This document shows positions 33,029 to 42,995 of a DNA stretch of 64,000 bases, piece by piece; the stretch's first letter is position 1, and the number at the start of each line of letters is the position of its first letter. This stretch comes from an uncultured Novosphingobium sp. Its GTDB lineage: Bacteria > Pseudomonadota > Alphaproteobacteria > Sphingomonadales > Sphingomonadaceae. Under the pieces are notes generated by a model. It was not told where the DNA came from, ran no database searches, and saw only the letters and a program-made list of their open reading frames with translations. A program made the position numbers and the translations under genes. The stretch covers positions 4,994 to 68,993 of the forward strand of contig CAXSZV010000014.1 of the NCBI GenBank assembly GCA_964242815.1. Direction: 5' to 3'.

Positions 33029-33733
33029 CTATCTAGCACGTCCCAGATCGCGCTCCAACAAAAGCTCGAACAGCAGTCCGCCGATCTGTCCGTCGATCTC
33101 GCCGTCGATCAACGCCGGGCGAAAGCGTCGCTGGAACGCGGTTATCGCCGCGCGGCCATCGGTGATGTCGTAGCCGAAGCGTTCGAGCGCCAGGAAGAAC
33201 GCGCCCGGATTGTCGTAGACCAGCCAGATCTTGGGCCTGGGCACGCTCAACGCCAGCCGCAGCCGCGCGAGGCGCGGCCAGTCGAACAGCTCGCCCGGAT
33301 CCTGCTTGCGGCTCGGCGCGACGTCGGAGTGGCCGACCACGTTGTCCGGCGCGATGCCGTGCCGGTCGACGATGTCCGCCAGCAGCGGCAGCAGCGCTTC
33401 GATCTGCGCATCGGGAAAGGCGCGATAGCCGAACTCGTGCCCCGGGTTGACCAGCTCGATGCCGATGCTGGCCGAGTTCACATCGGTGATCCCGCGCCAG
33501 AACGATGCGCCCGCGTGCCACGCGCGCTTGGCTTCGGGCACCAGCGCGGTGACCGCACCGTCCTCGTCGATCAGGTAATGCGCGGAGACCTTGGCCCCCG
33601 GATCGCGCAACCGCGCGAGCGCCTCGTCCGCGCCGCGCATCCCGGTGTAGTGCAGCACAACCATCGACACCGGCAAGCGGCGTTCGTCGAAATTGGGCGA
33701 AGGCGCCTCGTGGTGGACGAGCCAGCGGCGCAT
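33029..33733 (-). CDS. N-acetylmuramoyl-L-alanine amidase (Amidase_2, AmpD/AmiD-like)
   Basis: VVLHYTGM, VSAHY, RAWHAG, SIGIE, GHSDVAPSRKQDPGE. Confidence 0.94.
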   Translation of the reverse strand: MRRWLVHHEAPSPNFDERRLPVSMVVLHYTGMRGADEALARLRDPGAKVSAHYLIDEDGAVTALVPEAKRAWHAGASFWRGITDVNSASIGIELVNPGHEFGYRAFPDAQIEALLPLLADIVDRHGIAPDNVVGHSDVAPSRKQDPGELFDWPRLARLRLALSVPRPKIWLVYDNPGAFFLALERFGYDITDGRAAITAFQRRFRPALIDGEIDGQIGGLLFELLLERDLGRAR

Positions 33734-33744
33734 GTCGCGCGCGC

Positions 33745-34440
33745 TCACGGCAAGGTCGACGGGGTGGCGCGCGGCAGGCCCACATGAGGCAGGTTGGCGC
33801 CGAGCAGTAGCGTATCGTCGGTCTTCAAATGCTGGACCGTGCCGCCCCCGGCGCGGGCGAGGTCGTGCACCAGCGCGGCGGCGACGGTGCGGCTGGTCAG
33901 CGCATCGGCGGCTAGCGAGCCGTCGAGAGCGCGGCCGAGATCGGGATCGAACACCACGCGCGGTGCCGAGGCGCGCACGACGATGTCGCAGCCGCCGTCG
34001 GCGGTCCGCTCCACCCCGCAATCGAGCGTGCCGCCGCGCACCAGCGCCTGGAGGCCGATCAGCGCGAGGTTCAGCAGCACCTTGGTGGCGGCCACCGACA
34101 ACGCCTCGTCGGCGATCAGCCAGGTGATCGCGATCGGATGCGGACCCTTCGCCAGCGCTTCAATCAGCGCACGCGTTTCCGCGACCGGGATCGGCGCATC
34201 GCCATCCGGGCCGCCCCCGCTCGCGCCGAACGCGACGCGGAAGAAGCGCAGCTTGTCGCCGGCGGTACGCGCGCTCTGCTCGAGCAGCGCCAGGCACCGT
34301 TCGCGCATCCCGGGCTCGGTCTCGTCGGCGAGCAATTCGAGCCCGTTGGCAAGCGCGCCGACCGGGCTCATTAGATCGTGACACAGCCGCGAGCACAGCA
34401 GCGCCGCAAGGTCGGGCGCGTGATCAGCGATCTGCGTCAC
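33745..34440 (-). CDS. chpT: Histidine phosphotransferase ChpT
   Basis: LCSRLCHDLMSPVGALANGLELL, KLRFFRVAFG. Confidence 0.92.
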   Translation of the reverse strand: MTQIADHAPDLAALLCSRLCHDLMSPVGALANGLELLADETEPGMRERCLALLEQSARTAGDKLRFFRVAFGASGGGPDGDAPIPVAETRALIEALAKGPHPIAITWLIADEALSVAATKVLLNLALIGLQALVRGGTLDCGVERTADGGCDIVVRASAPRVVFDPDLGRALDGSLAADALTSRTVAAALVHDLARAGGGTVQHLKTDDTLLLGANLPHVGLPRATPSTLP

Positions 34441-34520
34441 GCGATCAAAAGCCTTGCCCCGCATGGATTTGCGCAGCGTGCGAAATCGGTGGTCGACGGG
34501 GCATGGCGCATCGCCTGCCC

Positions 34521-34970
34521 CTACCCGTCAATCACGTCATAGGAAAGCGAGGCGAACCCTTGCGGCGTATCGCGCCACAGCGTGGTTTCGTCGTTCGCGA
34601 CGATCGCCCAGAGCCGGCCATCGCCGCTGGCGTGCTCGCAATCGGTGGCGGACGGACGCGGATGGCCGACCGGATGCGAGTGGAAATAGCCGACCAGCGC
34701 CATGCCGCCGGCGCGCTCGGCGCGATGCGCGGCGATCAACGCGCCGGGGTCGATCTCGAAGCGGAAGAGCGGCTCTGCGGCGACGTTCGCGACAGGCGTC
34801 GCGTGCTCGATCGTGCGCGCGTCGCCGAGCAGCAGTCCGCACGACTCTTGCGGCGCGGCATCGTTCGAAGCGGCGATCATCGCGGCAAGCGCGGAGCGGC
34901 GGACCGCTACCGTCGGCGCGTCCGCTCCTCCAAGCGGATTGGGTGGCTCTGGCTGAGACCGCAGCACCAT
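34521..34970 (-). CDS. JAB/MPN (Mov34) metalloprotease-domain protein
   Basis: ESCGLL, GYFHSHP-x-G-x3-PS-x2-D JAMM motif. Confidence 0.9.
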   Translation of the reverse strand: MVLRSQPEPPNPLGGADAPTVAVRRSALAAMIAASNDAAPQESCGLLLGDARTIEHATPVANVAAEPLFRFEIDPGALIAAHRAERAGGMALVGYFHSHPVGHPRPSATDCEHASGDGRLWAIVANDETTLWRDTPQGFASLSYDVIDG

Positions 34971-35041
34971 CGCGCAACGGTGACACTTCCACCCCTGTCA
35001 GACCAGCGCAAAACGTCCGTGCGGACTAAAGCCGGGTACGA

Positions 35042-36340
35042 TCAGGCGGCGATCGCGCTCCGCCCGATGAAGTTTTCCGCGCGCTTCGCCGCTTCCCACG
35101 ATGTCGGGATATAGGCGAACTGGCCCTGCCGCCCCAGCATATCGACGCCGTAACGACCGATCCGCTCGACGATGCCCGCCGCCGCCGCGGATGTCCCGTG
35201 CGTATAGACGGGATATGCCTTCCCGGTGAACTGGTGGCCCACCAGTTCAGCGCTATCGAGCATCAGCCCGCGCTTGTGCATGAAGTCGATGAACGCCGCG
35301 AACTCCGCCTCGCCCGACAGCTCGGGAGTATTCTCGGGAAACGGCACCTCGACGCTCAGATATTCGCAGCCTTCGCGGTTGCCATAGGCGCGCGAATGAA
35401 CCGTCAGCCGTTTCCAGCTGCATTCGGCCGAGAAATTATACAGGATCGTCGATGGAAAGCCGAGGTCGCCACGGTACTTGATATAGAGCGAGAGCAGCGT
35501 CAGCGATGGCAGCTCGGGAATATCGTTGATACCGCACAGTCGCGCGGTCTGCTCGACCGGCAAAGTCGATACCACGCGCGAGGCCTTGATCACCTCGTGC
35601 TGCCCGGCGATCGACAGTTCATCGCCGTGCTTGCGGATCGACTTGATCGGAAAACCGGTGCGCACGGTGATGCCGCGCTGTTTGAGTTCCCGCCGCACAT
35701 CCTCGAACATCGGCTCAAAGCCCTGTTGCGGCCTGACCATGCTCTGCGACGGCGGGGGACGGCGACGCCGCTTCATCAGCCGCTTGACGATCGCGGTGGG
35801 CGTGGTCGCGCGGGGCAGCCATTCGAGCCGTTGCTCGGCAAAGCACGCCTCGACCTCGTCGGCGGGCACACCGTTGAAGCGCTTGACGTAATGCGACAGA
35901 CCGCTTCGTTCGAACAAGCGCCGCCCCAGGTAATAGCGCGCAAACGCACCGCTGTTGAGGCGCGGATTGCCGCGGATGCGTCCGATCGCCATCGATAGCA
36001 CGCTGAGGACGATCTCGACCGGTCCCTGCCCGATCAGATCCTGTTTGACCGAATAGGGAAACGCATGGACCCGGCCTTGCGGCGTGACGCGCTCGATCGG
36101 CATGGGCGAGGGAACGCAGAGCCGCTCGGCTGAAGGGAAGCGTCTGAAGAAAGCGCCGCCGGGGAAGAACATGAAGGCGCCGATATCGAAGGTAAACGGG
36201 CCGATGTTGCGCGACAGGAAGTTGCCGCCAAGCGTGTCCCTGGGCTCGAGCAACGTCACTTTACAGCCTGACGACGCCAAAGCATCCGCCGCGACAATGC
36301 CGCTTATCCCGCCGCCCAACACGGCAACACGCTTTTGCAT
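35042..36340 (-). CDS. FAD-dependent oxidoreductase (UDP-galactopyranose mutase/HemY-like fold), lower GC
   Basis: N-terminal VAVLGGGISG Rossmann motif, LGG, DIG, C-terminal GRQGQFAY. A sampled line is 53% GC. Confidence 0.8.
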   Translation of the reverse strand: MQKRVAVLGGGISGIVAADALASSGCKVTLLEPRDTLGGNFLSRNIGPFTFDIGAFMFFPGGAFFRRFPSAERLCVPSPMPIERVTPQGRVHAFPYSVKQDLIGQGPVEIVLSVLSMAIGRIRGNPRLNSGAFARYYLGRRLFERSGLSHYVKRFNGVPADEVEACFAEQRLEWLPRATTPTAIVKRLMKRRRRPPPSQSMVRPQQGFEPMFEDVRRELKQRGITVRTGFPIKSIRKHGDELSIAGQHEVIKASRVVSTLPVEQTARLCGINDIPELPSLTLLSLYIKYRGDLGFPSTILYNFSAECSWKRLTVHSRAYGNREGCEYLSVEVPFPENTPELSGEAEFAAFIDFMHKRGLMLDSAELVGHQFTGKAYPVYTHGTSAAAAGIVERIGRYGVDMLGRQGQFAYIPTSWEAAKRAENFIGRSAIAA

Positions 36341-36700
36341 AAGCTACCCCAATAGCTTCCTAGCGCCGTGAATCATGAATTCACTGCGGCAGTTGTTCGC
36401 CAACAAGGGTGCACGATGACACCCCAACCCAGGCAAAGATTAAGATCAGGTTGCCAGCGCTGGCAAGACAAAAAGCCGCCGTTTTGCTTATTTTCGTTGT
36501 TCTACAGTTTCACGCGACTGGTGCCCGTCTTTTGACCGCACTGAAAACGGGCGGTGGTCTTTCAACCGGTATCGCCAAAGTTGCCGACGATCGCGAGCGT
36601 TGCCGGTCGAGCGGACGATGGCGTTTGCCGGGGCGGAGCGTGGCGGAATACGGCGTGCGAGCCCGTTCCGATCATGCGCCATCGCGCCTTACGAAAGCCC

Positions 36701-37060
36701 CTACCCGACCACCTTGAGCAGTCGCCGTTCGATCGGCGACAGCACGTTCGCCAGATCGTGTCCGCGCCGCAGCACCTGGCCTGCTTCGCCGAACAGCGTC
36801 CACATGCCCTGCTTACCGCGCAGCACGGGACGTTTCTCGATCCGCGCCTGCGGGCGTTCGGCGGCGCGGCGAAACGCGCTGAAGCTTGCGGCGTCGCGCG
36901 CGAAGTCCATCGCATAGTCGCGCCACTGCCCGGCAGCGACCATGCGGCCGTACAGGTCGAGGATGCGCTGCAGCTCGATCCTGTCGAACGCGATCTGCAG
37001 CGGCGCGCGCTGGGGGAAAGCGATGACGGTGCCGCCGGCAGCCTCGTCGCGCCGCTCCAC
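36701..37060 (-). CDS. DUF2794-family protein
   Basis: FDRIELQRILDLYGRMVAAGQWRDYAMD, VLRRGHDL. Confidence 0.85.
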   Translation of the reverse strand: MERRDEAAGGTVIAFPQRAPLQIAFDRIELQRILDLYGRMVAAGQWRDYAMDFARDAASFSAFRRAAERPQARIEKRPVLRGKQGMWTLFGEAGQVLRRGHDLANVLSPIERRLLKVVG

Positions 37061-37065
37061 CCGGC

Positions 37066-37779
37066 TCAGCCCCGCCGACGGCCGGGCGATGGATCCGATA
37101 TGGATGCGTCCCGCTCACGCCGCAGATCGGCGATCTGCGCGCGCAGTTTCGCAAGATCGCGCTCCAACGCCTCGATCCGCGCCCCGCCCGCCGCAGTGCC
37201 GCTCGGCTCGCAGGGCTCGGTGCACGGCGTGCCATAAGGCATGAACTCGCGCGCCCAGGTCTCGGCCGGCACCAGCGTCGAGCGCGCCTTTGCCCCCACC
37301 ATCGTCGCGCCTTCGGGCACGTCTTCGACGATGACGGCGTTCGCGCCGACCCGCGCGCGCGCGCCGACGACGATCGGCCCAAGGATCTGCGCGCCCGAGC
37401 CGATGATGACGTTATCGGCCAGCGTCGGATGCCGCTTGCCACCGATGCCGTTCGCCGGGTTGGTGCCGCCGAGCGTCACGCATTGATAGATCGTCACGTT
37501 GTCGCCGATCACGGCGGTCTCGCCGATCACGGTGAAGCCATGGTCGATGAACAGATGCCGACCGATCGTCGCACCCGGATGGATGTCGATCCCCGTCAGG
37601 AACCGCGCGAGATGGTTGACCGCGCGCGCGAGGAAGAACAGGCGCGCGGCGAACAGCGCGTGGGCGACGCGGTGATAGCCGACCGCCCATAAGCCCGGAT
37701 AGAGCAGCACTTCCCAACGCGAACGCGGCGCGGGATCGCGCGCGACGATCGAGTCCAGATACCGGATGAGCCCTGCCAT
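37066..37779 (-). CDS. cysE: Serine O-acetyltransferase
   Basis: [32 protein letters not shown] hexapeptide repeats. Confidence 0.93.
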   Translation of the reverse strand: MAGLIRYLDSIVARDPAPRSRWEVLLYPGLWAVGYHRVAHALFAARLFFLARAVNHLARFLTGIDIHPGATIGRHLFIDHGFTVIGETAVIGDNVTIYQCVTLGGTNPANGIGGKRHPTLADNVIIGSGAQILGPIVVGARARVGANAVIVEDVPEGATMVGAKARSTLVPAETWAREFMPYGTPCTEPCEPSGTAAGGARIEALERDLAKLRAQIADLRRERDASISDPSPGRRRG

Positions 37780-37843
37780 CGCCGCCTGATCCTATCCTCA
37801 CGCCTCGCCCGTGCGAAACTGCGCCTCAAGCAGACCGCGCGAT

Positions 37844-38479
37844 CTAAAGCAAACACATCTGATCGTCGGTATCGCCATCGTGTACCCCGAACTCGAGTAA
37901 CGCATCGCGGCAGATCGCCAGCGTCGGCGGCTGCAGGCGTTCGAGGCTCAGGCGATCGATCACGGCGATCAGCGTCTCGGCCGCGCGGTGGCTGCGCTCG
38001 CAGCGCGGCGCGAGATAGGCGATCAGCGCGGCGTCGAGAAAGAAGCCGCGCGCCTCGGCATGGCGGCTCAGCAGCATGGCGAGCATCGCATCGTCGGGCT
38101 CGCCGATCGTCAGGTGCAGCGCCGCGCCGAGCCGCGAGGCGAGATCGGGCAGGCCCGCGCGCCAGGTGCCCGGCTCCCCGCCGACGATCAGCAGCGCCAC
38201 GCGATCCTCCTGCGCGCGGTTCCAGCGGTGGAACAGATCGGCCTCGGGCAACGAACGCGCGTCGTCGATCGCCTGACCCGCGCCGGTCCGCTCGAACCAG
38301 CGCGCGAGCAGGCTCTTGCCCGAGCGAGGCGGCCCCGCCAGCACCGCGGTGCCGAACGGCCACGATGCAGCCCGCGCGAAAGCATCGATCACGGGCGCGT
38401 TGGCATTGCCGATCGCGATGCGCGCGTTTGCCGTCCGCAAAGGCTCGACCGGCGGCAGCGGCAGCGCGATCTGGCTCAC
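37844..38479 (-). CDS. Hda/DnaA-related AAA+ protein (HdaA-like)
   Basis: QIALPL clamp-binding-like motif, [26 protein letters not shown]; GTG start inferred. Confidence 0.85.
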   Translation of the reverse strand: MSQIALPLPPVEPLRTANARIAIGNANAPVIDAFARAASWPFGTAVLAGPPRSGKSLLARWFERTGAGQAIDDARSLPEADLFHRWNRAQEDRVALLIVGGEPGTWRAGLPDLASRLGAALHLTIGEPDDAMLAMLLSRHAEARGFFLDAALIAYLAPRCERSHRAAETLIAVIDRLSLERLQPPTLAICRDALLEFGVHDGDTDDQMCLL

Positions 38480-38484
38480 ACGCG

Positions 38485-39756
38485 TCAGCGCCGGATGGTG
38501 AGGCCGCCGTTCGCGACGCTCACCTGGAACCCGCGCGCGCGAAGCGCCGTCGCCAGCGCCTCGATATCGCCGGCAAAGCCGACGCGCATCACCGACGCGC
38601 CGCCGATCGCGAGGCTGGTGGTGGTGGCACCGCGCACGCCGATCGCACCGCGCACCGCGGCGATCGTCGCGTCGAGCGCGGCGGGATCGGGCGTGGCGAA
38701 CTGGACCGAATAGTTCGTGACCGTCGCGGCCGGGGCTGCGCTCGCCGAAGTCGAGGGCGCGCTCGTCTCGCCGCCGATCGCGGCATCGCCGACGCCGGCC
38801 GGATCGGTGGGGAGCCGCGCGCGGACCTGTGCGATCAGTGCCGCCAACGTGCGCGATTCGCTGGTGAGGCTGGGATCGGGGCGCAGATCGCCGCGCGCCA
38901 GCGCATCGCGATAGATGAGGTCGATGCGTACCAGCGCTTCGTTCAGCATCGCGACGAGCCCGCCATCGTCGCGCGCGGTCAGCGTGAAGCTGTCGAGATA
39001 GGTATCGTCGGGGCCGTAGCGCGCGGTAAAGGTGCCTTTGATCGGCCCGCCCGGCCACTCACGCTCGATCCGGGCGACCGGCACGATCACGTCGGACGCA
39101 TCGTAGCGATCGAGCACGGTACGCCACCAGGAGCGGCTTCGCCGCCCGACCTGCCCGGCGTTGAGCAGCAGCGAATCGACGCCCGCGCCGTTGGGCCGCA
39201 CGTAGTCGATGCTGCTCGCGCCGGTCTGAAAGTTCGCCCAGGCGCGCTGCCACGCGGTGCGCACCTCGAACACCTGGCCGACCCCGCCCGAGATCATCAG
39301 CGGGATCACCAGCAGCGGGGCCGAGCGGACATAGCTCGCGCCGCTGGCGGCGGCGGCGAATTCGCCGGCCTTCGCGCGATCGAAGACCACGCCGAGCGTC
39401 GCGATATAGCGGCGCGGGCCGATCTGCTCGCGCTGCACGACGATCGCCGAGGTCATCGCGTCGAGCTGCGCGTCGCTCAATTGCGCGCCGCCGTACTTCT
39501 GCCAGGCGAGCCGCCGCGCCAGCGCATAGCCCGCGTCGCGCGCTTCGCGCCCCGACTTGCCGGTGGTGTCGACCGCGATGCCGTCGACCTCGATGTCGGT
39601 CGTGCTGGCGACCGGCGCGATGCCGCGATCGCCTTCGATCTGCGCGATCAGGCGTCCCGAGCCGATGCCCGCGAGCGCCAGCACGCCCGCGCCGCCCACG
39701 CCGATCACGAGCTTTGCGCGCGGATCGAGCCGCCGGAGGGTTCGGGCAAAGACCAT
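38485..39756 (-). CDS. Membrane-anchored periplasmic protein (DUF2066-like)
   Basis: N-terminal TM, AREAGY/ARRLAW-like segment, [17 protein letters not shown]; lies between purM and hda. Family assignment is partly from synteny. Confidence 0.7.
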   Translation of the reverse strand: MVFARTLRRLDPRAKLVIGVGGAGVLALAGIGSGRLIAQIEGDRGIAPVASTTDIEVDGIAVDTTGKSGREARDAGYALARRLAWQKYGGAQLSDAQLDAMTSAIVVQREQIGPRRYIATLGVVFDRAKAGEFAAAASGASYVRSAPLLVIPLMISGGVGQVFEVRTAWQRAWANFQTGASSIDYVRPNGAGVDSLLLNAGQVGRRSRSWWRTVLDRYDASDVIVPVARIEREWPGGPIKGTFTARYGPDDTYLDSFTLTARDDGGLVAMLNEALVRIDLIYRDALARGDLRPDPSLTSESRTLAALIAQVRARLPTDPAGVGDAAIGGETSAPSTSASAAPAATVTNYSVQFATPDPAALDATIAAVRGAIGVRGATTTSLAIGGASVMRVGFAGDIEALATALRARGFQVSVANGGLTIRR

Positions 39757-39867
39757 GGCAAGCAAGCCCGCGCTTGTGCCCAATGCCGCGCGCAAATCCA
39801 AGCTTGGAAATCGCGGGGGAAAATCGAGGCGTGGCAATCCGGACGCCGACACGCTACCCGCGCGGCG

Positions 39868-40959
39868 ATGGACGATGTCCCCTACAGCTATGCGCGCGCC
39901 GGCGTCTCGATCGCGGCGGGCAACGCGCTGGTGCAGCGAATCGCGCCGCTGGCTAAGGCGACCGCGCGGCCCGGCGCGGACGCGGAGCTCGGCGGCTTCG
40001 GCGGCTTCTTCGATCCGCGCGCGGCGGGCTATACCGATCCACTGCTCGTCGCGGCGAACGACGGCGTCGGCACCAAGGTCAAGCTCGCGATCGACCACGA
40101 CCGGCACGAAGGCATCGGCATCGACCTCGTCGCGATGTGCGCCAACGACTTGATCGTCCAGGGCGCGGAGCCGTTGTTCTTCCTTGACTATTTCGCCACC
40201 GGAAAGCTCGACGGCGATGTTGCGGAGCGCGTCGTCGCGAGCATCGCGAAAGGGTGCCGCATCGCCGGCTGCGCGCTGATCGGCGGCGAGACCGCCGAGA
40301 TGCCGGGGATGTACGCCGACGGCGACTACGACCTCGCGGGCTTCTGCGTCGGCGCGGTCGAGCGCGGGCAACAGCTGACTGGCGACAAGGTGGCGGCCGG
40401 CGACGTGCTGCTCGGCCTCGCCTCCTCGGGCGTGCATTCGAACGGCTATTCGCTCGTGCGGCGGCTCGCGGCCGACAAGGGCTGGAAGCTCAACCGTCCC
40501 GCGCTGTTCGACCCCGAGGTGCTGCTGATCGACGCGCTGATCGAGCCGACGCGCATATACGTGGCGAGCCTGCTGCCTTTAGTGCGCGCGGGAAAGATCT
40601 ACGCGCTCGCGCACATCACCGGCGGCGGCCTGCTGGAAAACGTGCCGCGCGTGCTGCCGCAGGGCCTCAACGCGCGCATCGATGCGGGTGCCTGGCCGCA
40701 ACCCCGCCTGATGGCGTTCCTTCAGGCGCAGGGCCGGATCGAACCCGAGGAAATGGCGCGCACCTTCAACTGCGGCATCGGCATGGTGCTGGCGGTCGCT
40801 GCGGACGAGGCGGCGGCGGTGACGGCCGAGCTCGAGGCGGCAGGCGAGACGGTGTTCGCGATCGGCGTGGTCGAGCCGGGCGAGCGCGGGTGCACGGTCA
40901 GCGGCGCGGACGAGGTCTGGGCGGGGCGCGGGGCTTGGGAAGCGGTGTATCGTGGGTGA
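39868..40959 (+). CDS. purM: Phosphoribosylformylglycinamidine cyclo-ligase
   Basis: [52 protein letters not shown]. Confidence 0.98.
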   Translation: MDDVPYSYARAGVSIAAGNALVQRIAPLAKATARPGADAELGGFGGFFDPRAAGYTDPLLVAANDGVGTKVKLAIDHDRHEGIGIDLVAMCANDLIVQGAEPLFFLDYFATGKLDGDVAERVVASIAKGCRIAGCALIGGETAEMPGMYADGDYDLAGFCVGAVERGQQLTGDKVAAGDVLLGLASSGVHSNGYSLVRRLAADKGWKLNRPALFDPEVLLIDALIEPTRIYVASLLPLVRAGKIYALAHITGGGLLENVPRVLPQGLNARIDAGAWPQPRLMAFLQAQGRIEPEEMARTFNCGIGMVLAVAADEAAAVTAELEAAGETVFAIGVVEPGERGCTVSGADEVWAGRGAWEAVYRG

Positions 40960-41127
40960 GTGTGCAAGCCTTATCAGCTTACGATCCGTTAGACCGCAAT
41001 ACTGGAGATCGTGATCGTTCGTGAGTAGTGAAGCCGAAAACAGCGGGTTCTGGAAAAATCGTGCGGACCTGCGCCTATCCCGCTTAAAACTGTGTCCATG
41101 CGGCACCACCATTGCCATCGCTGGCGC

Positions 41128-41772
41128 ATGATCCGCTACGTAAACACTTGGCTGACCCTGCCGCGCTCCCAGCGTGCAGCGCTTCTTACGCTTGTCGTGG
41201 CTGTTGTTTCCGCCAATGTCCGCCAGCCTTATCCGGAGATCGCGCCGCTTCAGCACGTGCCAACGGTATTGCTGATCCTCGCTGCGCCATTGTTGCTGGC
41301 CCGCTGGCCTTTATCAAACAAGGCGGTTGGAGCGCTCTTGGTTTTCTGGCTGCTGCACACACTCGGCGGGCGCTACACCTATTCCAACGTCCCTTATGAC
41401 AATTGGGGGAAAGCGCTCACCGGACATACGATCAGCGGCTTGTTAGGCCTTGCGCGGAACGGGTATGACCGGCTCGTGCACCTTGCCTTCGGACTGTTGT
41501 GGGTCTTGCCCTTTGGCGAAACAATGCGGCGTTATGCAGGGATGGGGCGACGTGCGAGCCTATGGACGGCATTCTTATTCGTCGGAGCAGTGAGTGCGCT
41601 TTACGAGATATTCGAGCGGCTGTTGACCATCATTCTCGCGCCTGGAATGGCCGACGATTATAACGGCCAGCAGGGCGACTTCTGGGATTCTCAAAAGGAT
41701 ATGGCCATAGCAATCGTCGGCGCGGCGATCGCGGTTTTATGGCAGAGCCGTCGCGCTACAAGAACTGCTTAG
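41128..41772 (+). CDS. DUF2238-family membrane protein, lower GC
   Basis: HTLGGRYTYSNVP, RNGYDRLVH, YEIFE, GQQGDFWDSQKDMA. Confidence 0.88.
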   Translation: MIRYVNTWLTLPRSQRAALLTLVVAVVSANVRQPYPEIAPLQHVPTVLLILAAPLLLARWPLSNKAVGALLVFWLLHTLGGRYTYSNVPYDNWGKALTGHTISGLLGLARNGYDRLVHLAFGLLWVLPFGETMRRYAGMGRRASLWTAFLFVGAVSALYEIFERLLTIILAPGMADDYNGQQGDFWDSQKDMAIAIVGAAIAVLWQSRRATRTA

Positions 41773-41849
41773 AGGCAACCTGCTTTCGATGTCTGTCGCG
41801 TCCGCTCTGGGGATCGTCACAGCTCACCTGAACGGCTAACATTTGGGCG

Positions 41850-42929
41850 TTAGCCGCCATCCCTGATCTCCGCACCCCCACCCCCGTTGGGCACCGCCTC
41901 GATCGCCTCGCCCAGGGTGTCGCGCAAATACAGCTCGCGCACCAGGACGAAGAACACGACGAGCAGCGCGGCGGAGAAGAACAGGCCGTAGATGCCGAAC
42001 ACCGCGCCGACGCCCAGGATCACGAACAGCGTCAGCGCGGGCGGGATCGAGACGACGCGGCGGGTGACGAACGGCGTGACGAGGCTCGACTGGACGATGC
42101 GCACGAGGAAATAGATCAGCACCACCAGCAGCATCTGGTTGCCTCCCTGTGGCGCCGCCACCGCGAGCGCGGGCAGCATCGCCACCAGCGGGCCGACATA
42201 AGGCACGAACTCGGACAGCCCGGCGAGCAACCCCAGCGCGGCCCAGCTGCGCGAGCCGATGATCCACAGGCCCAGCGCAATGAGCAGCCCCATGCTCGTC
42301 ATGCAGAGGAGCTGCGCGCGCAGCCACAGCCCGAGCGCCTCGCCGACGACATCGAGCGCGCGATCGACTTGCGCGCGGCCCGAGCGGGGGACCAGCAGGA
42401 TGAGGCCGCGCTTGTAGACGCTAGGATCAGCCGCGAGGAACATCGCGCCGACCAGCACGACGAGGAAGTTCGCCAGGATTTCGCCGATACCGACGCTCAG
42501 CCGGCCGAGCGTGTCGGCGAAGGTCGATCCGCCCACTGAAGCTCGCGAGGCGGCGACCAGCGCCTCGCCCACCGGCGTGCCCGAAACCGCGCCAATCACG
42601 TTGCGCACCGCCTGCGGCAGGTTGATGATCAGCACCGCCAGCTGACGACCGAACTGCGCGGTCAGCAGCCAAGTGGTGAGGGCGAACAGCACGAGCACCA
42701 CGATCACGCCCAGCGTCAGCGCGAGCTTGTGGTTGCAATGCGTGCGCCGCTCGATCGCGCCGCCGGTACTGCGGAACACGACCGCGCCGAGCACCGAGCC
42801 GAAGATCAGCATCAGCAGGTCGGACGCGCGCCAGACCACCAGCAGCACCGCCGCGATCGCGATCGTATAGGCGAGCCGCCGCAGGTAGGGCAGGTCCTCG
42901 GCGGGCGGCATGAACGGCGCACGCGCCAT
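41850..42929 (-). CDS. AI-2E-family transporter
   Basis: GLSEFVPYVGP, IPPALTL, FGIYGLFFSAAL; multiple TM segments. Confidence 0.9.
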   Translation of the reverse strand: MARAPFMPPAEDLPYLRRLAYTIAIAAVLLVVWRASDLLMLIFGSVLGAVVFRSTGGAIERRTHCNHKLALTLGVIVVLVLFALTTWLLTAQFGRQLAVLIINLPQAVRNVIGAVSGTPVGEALVAASRASVGGSTFADTLGRLSVGIGEILANFLVVLVGAMFLAADPSVYKRGLILLVPRSGRAQVDRALDVVGEALGLWLRAQLLCMTSMGLLIALGLWIIGSRSWAALGLLAGLSEFVPYVGPLVAMLPALAVAAPQGGNQMLLVVLIYFLVRIVQSSLVTPFVTRRVVSIPPALTLFVILGVGAVFGIYGLFFSAALLVVFFVLVRELYLRDTLGEAIEAVPNGGGGAEIRDGG

Positions 42930-42995
42930 CAGGTTGCGGCCCCGGCGGCGCGCGCATAGGACAACGCCGATGCAGCGCTTGCCCGAGCAGACACG

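Noticed and set aside
34521-34970. CBASS or ubiquitin-like defence system based on the JAB gene
   Set aside because: No CD-NTase, E1/E2 or effector genes nearby; the neighbours are core genes.
38365-40959. 864-aa ORF suggesting a large PurM fusion
   Set aside because: The N-terminal 500 codons are antisense to a real minus-strand gene; PurM starts at 39868.
41834-41855. attC-like ggctaac...gttagcc next to the DUF2238 gene
   Set aside because: Only about 22 bp, far shorter than attC sites; no L boxes and no integron integrase in the window.
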